The notes under the pieces: model-generated
Told to the model about the DNA's origin: nothing
Databases searched by the model: none
What the model saw: only the letters and a program-made list of their open reading frames with translations
Shown: positions 54,521-64,000 of the stretch, piece after piece
How the letters are laid out: each line of letters starts with the position of its first letter
How positions within the stretch are numbered: the first letter of the stretch is position 1
NCBI RefSeq assembly: GCF_006345805.1
Contig: NC_043013.1
Span: 47,554,001-47,618,000, forward strand
Direction of reading: 5' to 3'
Source of the DNA: Octopus sinensis
Taxonomy: Eukaryota
DNA length: 64,000 nt
Translations under genes and position numbers: made by a program

Positions 54521-54552
<32 letters not shown>

Positions 54553-55038
54553 ATTCGTAATTGTGTACCATGTTCTCCGTTTTGTTTTTGTTTGTTTTTT
54601 TGTCTTTGTTGCCGTACAAATTCGCTAGCTTTCTTTAAAAAAAGGGTCTAATGCTCTTAGCTTAGACTTTTTGTGGAGCAAACAGATCGAACCATGTCAA
54701 GTGTAAGTGCCCGAAATGGCCGTGACACCTGGGACTTGACCGATGAAAGAAAGCCAAGAATGACCCGTCTTTTTTGCCTGTCCTTCTAGTTGTTGTTTCT
54801 CTTGTCCATCTTTGTATCATCTATCTGTCCGACGTTTTAATAGTGCCCTCTATTGCGTTTTTGTTCCATATATATATATAGGCAGGAGCTTGATTTTTTA
54901 ACCACATGGTTCCAGGTTCAGTCCCACTGCATGGCACCTTGCGTAAGTATATTCTACTAAATCTTCGGGTCGACCAAAGCCTTGTGAGTAGATTTCGTAG
55001 ACATACATATGTGATATTTTTGCTGCACTTTAATAAAG

Positions 55039-55070
<32 letters not shown>

Positions 55071-55114
55071 CATACATACATACATACATACATACATGCA
55101 TACATACATTCGCC

Positions 55115-55294
55115 ATGATAGATCGTTAGTCACTACGCACATTTTTTTCTCTCCTTGTTTTTTTTGTGTCCCTTTCTATAGAAGAGCGTAAGCTCGAAAC
55201 GTAAAAGACTTTTTCTATTCCTGAGCGTTATACTACTAGATCTGTTTGTTTTGTACACCACCTGTCTTCGTCTTTTGTTTTTTTCGTAAACTCT

Positions 55295-55299
<5 letters not shown>
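55115..55299 (+). mobile_element. ~185-bp hammerhead-like repeat, copy 2
   Basis: cttt CTATAGA a gagc-gtaa-gctc GAAA CG TA aaag (55172-55207); ends in (TA)n. Confidence 0.85.
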
Positions 55300-55327
<28 letters not shown>

Positions 55328-55330
<3 letters not shown>

Positions 55331-55733
55331 TATGAAAATATTAAGTGTAGACATTTGAGAGAAATATTGTACCGGTGGCCAGCATGCGTAATAAAGTCAA
55401 TAGACAACATATTTTTCGTATAAATTAGTGTACGTTTTTAAACACAAAAGAGGTGATCTTAACAGGACACCTTACATGCTGGAAAAGGCAGTTAAAGCCT
55501 AAACCACGAATGAGAATAATTACTTTTCATTCCCTTTGAAATTTCTTTTATTCCTGGTTTGGGCTTTAACTGCCTTTTCCAGCAAGTAAGGTGTCCTGTT
55601 AAGGTTACTTCTTTTGGGTATAAAAATGTATACTAATCTATATGAAATATATGCTGTTTATTGACTTTATTACGGATGCTGGACTTCGGTAGAATGTTTC
55701 TCTAAATTTTCTTCCCTTGATATTTTCATAGTA
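55328..55733. repeat. Diverged long inverted repeat, ~190-bp arms
   Basis: tactatgaaaatat (55328) and atattttcatagta (55733); inner ttaacaggacaccttac..ggaaaaggcagttaaagcc pairs with its reverse complement. Confidence 0.92.
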
Positions 55734-55798
55734 AAAGTTTAAGACCACACCAATATTATGTTGTTTCAATTGAAAATTTATGATCAACGAATTTATTA

Positions 55799-56420
55799 TT
55801 AGTATCTAGTTCCACATTCATTATTTTCAATTACAACGGCGGGACATGTAGTTTGACAAATTGGCACAAAAGTCACTTGGAATGTTCTGTCATATTTCTT
55901 CAATAAAATTATATAGTTGGGTCAAATTTGTTGGTTATTTAGGAAGAATTCTTTTTTTGTTTTTTTTTTTAGCAAGAATTCCATAAACTTTCTATCGGAT
56001 TCAAATCCGGGCTCTGCATTTTATTGCGCTGAAAAAATATTGCAAAACTTTCCTAGCCTTATGAACGGGGCAATTGTCCTGCTGGAAAATAGATCCCGGT
56101 GGCGTCTGATTTAAATATGGCCGCACATTTTCATTTACTAACTGCAGATAGATTACATTTACTAACACAATTGGACCAACACTTGATTTGCTGAACGCGA
56201 CCACACCATTACCACCACCACCCCTCATGCACACACACACACACACACCTCTCGCTTGCGCCAGTTTCTTGACACACAAAGGATGGAATTCTTCAGTTGT
56301 ACGGCATGTAACATAAGTCTTTCTGTCTGATCCATAGATGCTGAAGCGGGATTCGTCGCAAAATTAAAACAAAATTTAAGACCAAAAATCCGAGTGGACA
56401 GTGGGAAGTGTTTGCCTAAA
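55799..56420 (-). pseudogene. Decayed Tc1-like transposase
   Basis: Minus translation VGPIV..IFQQDNCPVHKARKV, QSPDLNPIESLW, QNIPSDFCANLSNYMSRRC..GTRY*. Confidence 0.9.
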
Positions 56421-57308
56421 AATGGACTCACACACACGCATGCACACACACACTATCTCTTTCTCTCTCTCTCTCTCTCGCTCTCTCTCACACAAACACA
56501 CAGTGCACATGAACAATCGCATAGTCGGTGCGAGAGACATACCTTTGAAAATGCGCTGACTGCATTTTCCTGAATTAAAACTACTATTGACTAACGTTTT
56601 TAAATAACTGGTTATTCGATCGTATTCGCTGAAATAACTATTCTGTCACAACAGTAGAGATATCCGTCTCAAGAGTGTATCTGTTATGCTGGTATCTATA
56701 AGAAATATATCAATACCACGGAAGAAAATCTGAATCGAAACCGTAAAAAAGAAGAAGAATAGTTTTGTTGTAGCTATAGTAGGAACCACAACTATAAAAT
56801 CCATTATTCTTTGGATTACAAACTCAATGATGACCTCTTTAATTGTAAATAAATTGTAAAGGAAGATCCCTCAGTTAGTTACATCAAAATACAAAGGTGT
56901 GATGATAAGACGTTTGCTTCCTAATCACATGATTCCGGGTTCAATCTCACTGCGTGGCACCTTGCACAACTGTCTTCCACTTTAGCTCTGGGCCGACCAA
57001 AGTCTTGTGAGTAGATTTGGTAGATGGAAACTGAAAGAAGCCCGTCGATTATATATTTCTATGTGTGTATGTGTGTGTGTATGTGTTTGTGACTGTTCTT
57101 GTCCTCTATAAAAACTTATTTCATTGAGATTTTTAAAGCAAATCAAATGGGTTTGTGTTTGGCCCACAAGAAAACAGAAAAACCAACTTGTTTTTCGTAA
57201 CAACTTAGCAATTTTTAAAATATTCTCTTTATTACTTTCAATTATGGTGAATTATAGTTCTCCTCCTCTCTCTCTCTTTCTCTCTCTCTCTCTTTACATA
57301 CATATGTA

Positions 57309-57493
57309 GATACATCGTTAGCCACTACACACATGTTTTTCTCTCTTTGTTTTCTGTTTCCTTTTCTGTAGAAGAGCGTAGGCTAGAAACGTAAAAGACT
57401 TTCTCCATTCCAGAGCGTTATACTAATACATCTGTTTGTTCTGTACACCACCTGTCTTCGTCTTTTGTTGTTGTTTTTTTGTAAACTCTCCCT
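57309..57493 (+). mobile_element. ~185-bp hammerhead-like repeat, copy 3
   Basis: tttt CTGTAGA a gagc-gtag-gcta GAAA CG TA aaag (57362-57397); followed directly by a SINE A. Confidence 0.85.
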
Positions 57494-57717
57494 GGCGAGC
57501 TGGCAGAAACGTTAGCACGCCGGGCGAAATGTGTAGCCGTATTTCGTCTGTCACTACGTTGTGAGTTCAAATTCCGCCGAGGTCGACTTTACCTTCCATC
57601 CTTTCGGGGTCGATAAATTAAGTACCAGTTACACACTGGGGTCGATGTAATCGACTTAATCCTTTTATCTGTCCTTGTTTGTCCCTTCTATGTTTAGCCC
57701 CTTGTGGGCAATAAAGA

Positions 57718-57720
<3 letters not shown>
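57494..57720 (+). mobile_element. SINE family A, full length
   Basis: ggcgagctggcagaaacgttagcacgccggg..gagttcaaattcc..caataaagaaaa. Confidence 0.93.
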
Positions 57721-57762
<42 letters not shown>

Positions 57763-59698
57763 ATATATTATATTAGTTCTATTAGCTTCTCCCAACTAAG
57801 CCTGGTCAATATTTTGGATTTCACTCATTCATTCAAGTAACTGACGCTAATTCAATATTATATGTAATGACACGTGACTAGCTGAAAAATAGTCTGGATA
57901 GAGTAGAGGCAATCTCTGAACATCAGTCAAGAAATATGACTTAACTAATTCTTGAACGAGATGCGCACTGATATAAAGGAACAAAACTAAACACAAATGT
58001 GAACCTAACGAACACTTATACCCACTTTTTATCATTTATCAACAAAATATTTCCCCTAATATTTCGAACAAGAAAGAAAGGCCCTAAACAGTTTGTTGGG
58101 GTTTTTTTTCTAGTGAGCAGACCGATTGGCTGTTATTCTTAGCTGATCAAACAATCGCCAGGAGAATTCGTCATTGGCTCGGTTGAAGGTATGAGTATAA
58201 CGCTAGCCTGTTTTAGTCGTCGCTCAGACGTTGAGAGATATCCGTTTCCTTACGGCGATACCAAAGAGTTGCGGCTTCAGTACAAAATATGTATGATCAC
58301 AAGCGTAAGTTAACGCCAGGAATAAAAATACATAGTTAATTAAAAAGATAAAATAGAAGTAAGTAAAATAAATGTCTAAAATAAAGAAAAATATAGGAAT
58401 ACATAAAAATTTTTTTCCCTTTTTTTATTCCACGCTGAACTAACAATTTTAACAGTACAAGACAACTACTCCATATAGCAACTTGCTTTTTTAAGTCTGA
58501 CTATGAGATTTTCTTCTTGGCCCATTTATTCCTGATACAACAAAGAGATCAATACAGAAGAAGCTTTTATTTTATTCTATATTAAATTTCAACGTGATGT
58601 ACAGCAAAAAAAGAAACATTCAATGTTTTTAGTTCAACTTTTTTTTTAATTTCAATAATTATTACTGAAGCAATCATAAAATATGAAAGATATTTGTGAA
58701 ATATAGAAAAAAAAATTACGAAACTAATTTTTAATGTAAGTTGGAATAGCGAATTAAAAAAAAGTTAAGAACATTATATTCAAAGAAATAAACATCTATT
58801 TAAAAAAATCGATGTTGGTCTCAAAAAATACATCATATGTAGGTTTTAAAATTATGTTACAGATTTTGTTCAAGTAAATGTCATTAAAACATCTTTTAAT
58901 AAGGAAAAGAAAATTAGGCTAACATTTTTTTTTTATTAAAGATTAAACATACTTTATAATGGTTGATCTATATGTTTCTATTCAGATAGCTTTACGCTTA
59001 TGATCATACAAACTAGAAAACTTATTTGTAAGTACATGCCTGCATATATGTGTATAGCGATGTGTTTCAGTGAATTTGAGAGAGAAGGGAACGCAGGCCC
59101 AAATGAAAGACACTCGGTTCGTTTCGCATGTCTTTTTGTATTTTAAATTGATGATTACGGAAGAATAATGCTTAATACTGCTTATATATAAATGCACACA
59201 TATACACACACACACATACAGACACGTATCCACACACGCACACACACACATATATATACACATATACATACATATCTACGTGTATATATGTGTGAGCATG
59301 TATGCATACCTGTATATAGGATATATACAGGATATATGTATAAATATATTGGAACAATATTGCTTTGAAAATACACTAAACTTTGATTGGTAATCTCAAT
59401 GAAATAAGTTTTTATAGATATGTGTCTGTGATTGTGTGTGCACGGAATACATATATACACATAAATATATATGTATAAATGAAAGAGGGTGAGAGAGAGG
59501 AGGGAGGTCGAGAAAGCGTGATGGTAGAGTGTAATGTAGTATAATTATAAATATTCATATAAAGTATAAAACTGTGAACATAAACGGAAGAAAGAAAGAT
59601 ATGATTAATTTTACTAACTGTCAACAATTTGGTATTACCTCCAATGCTTGTGTATTTTGTATAGGTCCATGCGTGTGTGTGTACGTGTGTGTGTGTGT

Positions 59699-59769
<71 letters not shown>

Positions 59770-59910
59770 CTGTGCGTGTCCGTCTTGTTCTATAGAGAAG
59801 AATTTGCGGTATCATTTCCTTTTAAATTCCGCTTTAACTAAACCAATGTATTTATTTATTATATAACTAAAATTTGTAGAGATTCTGCGACACTTTCGAA
59901 ACACTCTAGA

Positions 59911-60195
59911 AATGTTATTTCCACCGGTGGGGCCTCTGGAAATTGTGGTGGTCCGTGGAATCCAATTTTTTTTTTGGAAGTGATGCAGGGAAGTGTGAAA
60001 AATGTTTTTTCGTTATCAATAATGTACGTTTTTTGTGCATTCAGTACTTAATGAAAGAGTTACTGGTAGGTTCTTTGGTATTAAATAACTTATAAAATAT
60101 TTAAAATAAAGTTGTTTTTCCCCAAACACTGGTGAGGCATACATTTTTCTGGTAAGTTATAGTGAAGTCTGGGTAAAATAGGTTGGAAAACACTG
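59911..60195. mobile_element. Probable hAT (Charlie-like) MITE remnant
   Basis: Right end ggttggaaaacactg followed by ctcta; degenerate left end after ctctag with a gtggtccgtgga subterminal motif. Confidence 0.45.
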
Positions 60196-60229
60196 CTCTA
60201 TAGTACATAAAATGCATACCTGGTGTAAA

Positions 60230-61330
60230 GTACTGAATCATGAATCCTCTATCAATTTCTTCAATGACCATTCAGCCGTTGGAACATCTGAGTGTCCGAC
60301 CCATTGCTTTGAAATGTAAGTACAGTCACCTCCCCAGTTTATTAAAAGACATTGACTTGCACAACAGAAAACAACTCTTACTTCTGTCCTAATCATTTAT
60401 TCTCAGTCTGCAATGATTGTGTTTAGTGCAAGTCTATTATTCTTTCTTGTCTTGTAGCAGACATATTCAACATCAGAAATATTGTTTAGCTCTATCTCAA
60501 GGCAGACCTTCTTACGTATAACATCGTATACTGTTTTGACAACAGAATCACAAAGATATCATCTGCTTGATAACATTGTCCTGCAGCTGCCTGTTACATG
60601 TGTAATATTTTTCGCATATAAGCGACATTTTGGGTCTGAATTTGGTATTTGAAAACAATCACAATCGTTTTTCTTCAACAGTATTTCTTAAAACATTCCT
60701 TATTTTCAACAGCATAACTTTGGAAATGTACTATGATGCCATAGCTATTATCCTACCGATATTGGTATTACTCCCTAGTTTTTGATTAATATAGCCATAC
60801 ATAAGATTCTGTTGGTATATTGTATTCCTACTCGAAGTTTGATTTTGAAGAATTTGCTTTCATATCTTACTGAGGTCTCCTTACAGGACTCCCAAGTGGT
60901 GTACCCTCAAGCCTGAGGTCTTGTTGGAGATCTTGCAGTATCGTGCAATCCCAAGACCAGATGATAATATTTATCAGTACTTAAATGTGGCTGTTCTCTT
61001 AGAACAAGCTATACTGCGCTAAATACAATGAAAACAAGCTGTTTGAACAATCCGGACATCGTTTAAGTCGGGATAAATATTACCTCTCGGTATTAATATT
61101 GCCTCTGTCGCTAACGTGTATTTGTTAATGACCAGATGGTAGTGGCACCGGACGGACGACTGACGGTGATCACGTGGAATATCTTTACGGACTCCGTGTT
61201 TCTAGAAAAGTCCATCATCTGTTATCTCAAATGCTGCTCTATTAGTTTACGAGCAATTAAGTGAGGTATTTCTTTTGCTCTTGCTGCTTAGAAGATGGGA
61301 GATATCATGTGATAATCTAACCTAAAATGG
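60230..61330 (-). pseudogene. Highly decayed R4/Dong-type non-LTR retrotransposon (RT C-terminus, CCHC knuckle, RLE); may extend to ~61900
   Basis: Minus fragments GNIYPDLNDVR (cf. GNFHP.SDVDRLY), SYAVENKE (cf. AIQEQE), NSDPKCRLY..ITHVTGSC..DSVVKTVY (CCHC/RHD region). Confidence 0.62.
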
Positions 61331-62159
61331 TAATATGCTATTATCCCGCTATTCTTCTCAGACATGCTATTACTATTCCTGTAATATCTACTGGAAGTAT
61401 TACTGCTTAATTAGTGATATTAATTTTGGTAATATGAATAGATTACGAGATGTCTTGTGTCAGACAAACTTCGGCTGATACTTTTTAAAAATCTGATATA
61501 ACTTCGCTTAGTTCATAATTTGTGCGCAGTAGTTTTGTTACTATACCTAGGTTTTTCGTATTTTGCAGAAAAGAGGAATATTGATGTCATTCGGGTTAAT
61601 ATTTCTTCTTCATTGACCGTATTGAAAGCAGTTTCTCTTGTCCCCGTTTTGGTTGCTAAGCAAGACTAAATTGAATACCTATGATAATATAAAATGTTAT
61701 TGAGTCTAGCACGGCAGATATTTCATTCCTCAGTATATAGTCGTGGGTTAGATACAATAGCTTCGGTTATAGGAATTCCGACAATTCTACTATGTTATTT
61801 CCTATGATATAGCTTGGTGTTTAAGGAACTTAATTTTCATGTTACTCTTTACTTTACCACAGTAATTAAAATATGAAGCTGGTTGTGTTGAGACAAGATC
61901 CCATGGACAAAATGTATTTCAATATAATTCGAGTAGAAGAATACTTTGTGTGAGTGAAATAAGTAGACGGAAACTGTGGGAAAGCCAGACCTGTGTGTGT
62001 GTGTGTGTTCATGTATATAGACAGACAGACAGATAGATCGATTGATTGGGGCAGGGTTGTTTGTGTGGTAAAGAGGTTTGCTCCCAACAACATTATTCTG
62101 GGTTCTCTTCAAATGCGTGACACATTGGGCAATTGTTTTCTACATTAGACCGGTACTGA

Positions 62160-62195
<36 letters not shown>

Positions 62196-62253
62196 TATAT
62201 ATATTATATATATATATATATATATATGTAAAATAATATGGGACAATTATTCG

Positions 62254-62329
62254 GTAGCCAAGATAAAACTCTGAATTTCGGATGCCGAGGTGGAAATCCA
62301 CTCCACCGTCTCTTCGGTTATCTGGCTAT
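62254..62329 (-). ncRNA. Type I hammerhead-like motif (U4C core variant)
   Basis: Minus: tagccagataa CCGAAGA gac-ggtgga..tccacc-tcggcatcc GAAA ttcagag TT ttatcttggcta. 11-bp helix I with one bulge, quasi-palindromic helix III, GUU triplet. Confidence 0.6.
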
Positions 62330-62850
62330 CTAAAAAGCGCTATGAAAAAAGACCGTTATCCAAAGGGAAATTACTGTGTTATAGTCCGCTACTTTTACAA
62401 AAGCGCTAATTCAAATGACCGCTAATTAAGATAAGGTTAAAAGTTCATAGTAAACACGTAAGCGTGCCTGTTCATACGTATACACGTGCGTACATATATA
62501 TCACTATGAAAACGTACACATCTTCACTCGCCAAATGTATATGCATATATATACAAACTCATACACAGCCACGTGCACCGTAAAAGTTCATACGTCTACA
62601 TACGCACAAGCACAAGAAAAAACAGGGTTAAGGGTAACAATACAGAAAAAAGGCATAAGGGAGTAAACAAAGAGTAAACAACGTTCATATACGGACATGC
62701 CCTTATGCACGCACACACACACACACCCATTTATGTACATACTCACACATGTCTATATACGCATACACACACACGCACACATCTATATACATACCCGCAC
62801 ACTCGTACACATCTTACCGTTTTTACCAATATATAGATAGATATATATAT

Positions 62851-62891
<41 letters not shown>

Positions 62892-62987
62892 CATATATAT
62901 ATATGTATATATATATACATATATATATATATGTATATGGATATATATATGTATATACATATATATATATATATGTATATATATATG

Positions 62988-63320
62988 TAAAGACCCCCTT
63001 CGGTCATGAATGACCATGGGATTGCACCTAGAAAGTTACCCTCCTAGACACAAGTCCGGGCAAGGTTGATTATGGAAGACCAGCAGTCGCCCATGCATAC
63101 CAGCCTCCCCTCTCCACGCCACCAGTGTTATCCAAGGGAAAGACAAAGGTCGATACAGCCTGGCACCAGTGACGTCGCAACTCATTTCTACAGCTGAGTG
63201 AACTGGAGCAACGTGAAATAAAGTGTCTTGCTCAAGAACACAACACGCAGCCCGGTCCGGGATTCGAGCTCACAACCTCACGATCGTAAGCTCGACGCTC
63301 TAACCACTGAGCCATGCGCC
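62988..63320 (-). mobile_element. SINE family C (clear tRNA head, V/CORE-like block, RTE-type tail)
   Basis: Minus ggcgcatggctcagtggttagagcg (A box), gagctcgaatccc (B box), gtgttcttgagcaagacact, tail ..cccatggtcattcatgaccgaagggggtc; embedded in (TA)n. Confidence 0.88.
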
Positions 63321-63349
63321 TTCACACATATATATGTATATACATATAA

Positions 63350-63397
<48 letters not shown>

Positions 63398-64000
63398 ATT
63401 ATATATATATATATATAAGAATGAATGTTTTTATATATAATGAACGTGAAATACAGGAAGGGACGAACACGGAACACAGACAAATCATTCGAAGCCTTCA
63501 ATCTTCAGTCAGACACCGAATCATCATAGCAAATTTCGGCTGTTCAATTCTGATATTTGCTCCAACTCGGCCAGCCCCAAGAAAAAAACTAAGCTGTAAG
63601 CATTAGATTTCTTGGTAGAAGACAGGAATGTGAACGCACAAGACGGATGTAAATACAAGAGACGAAAACGAAATTGAAAACAGTAATGAATAAACAAAAT
63701 ATATATAACGGTGGTTGTCATACGACTTTAGACCAAATGAGACAAAACAACAACAACAACATAGCAGCTGGCGTAGAAATAATTACCGTTTCGGTAGCGG
63801 GGACACATGTTGGTCAAGATACGATGGCCAACAGAATGGTTAAGAATCAGCAGGTCGCAGGAGAGAGAGAGAAAGAGAGACAGAGAGAGAGGGAATCAAA
63901 GAGGGTGGAAGGCAGGGGACAGAATCAGTGACCAAGAGGAAAGGAGAAAGAAGGGATTAAGGAGGATGGGAGGAAGAGGGGGGAAGAATCGGAGGGCGCC

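Noticed and set aside
60276-60321. Plus-strand exon candidate (VGTSECPTHCFE, GTAAGT donor)
   Set aside because: It lies within the antisense of the decayed R4/Dong-like element
63245-63320. tRNA gene
   Set aside because: The tRNA-like A/B boxes continue directly into a SINE body and tail
63485-63545. Permuted hammerhead-like boxes (GAAA..CTGAAGA); similar at ~54710-54760
   Set aside because: I cannot build helices I and III, and the spacing is inconsistent

Overview
This is eukaryotic, AT-rich, repeat-dominated DNA, almost certainly from a coleoid cephalopod (octopus-like). The inference rests on very dense (TA)n/(TATG)n/(CA)n/(GATA)n/(GAAA)n microsatellites and three recurring tRNA-derived SINE families. 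I can support no intact host protein-coding gene, rRNA, tRNA or CRISPR array, and nearly all supplied ORFs are microsatellite or SINE translations. Recognisable decayed mobile elements are: a mariner and a DUF4817-type Tc1/mariner (both with TIRs), a Tc1 DDE fragment, two Penelope-like (PLE) fragments, an RTE LINE, two R4/Dong-type RLE retrotransposon fragments, a probable BEL/Pao remnant, a non-autonomous Helitron and MITEs. The most interesting signals are four. (1) Type I hammerhead-ribozyme-like motifs with palindromic helix III, including a near-canonical one at 9656-9697 and a ~185-bp repeat present three times that shares an A6U core variant. (2) Head-less ~184-bp SINE multimers joined at the same nucleotide in two separate arrays, one bounded by a single TSD, suggesting a circular or processed SINE RNA template. 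(3) A doubly folded-back SINE insertion and three TA-associated fold-back hairpins. (4) An RTE-5'UTR-like non-coding element with a partial HDV-like ribozyme fold. All structures were read by eye, coordinates of degenerate elements are approximate, and no database search or folding program was run.
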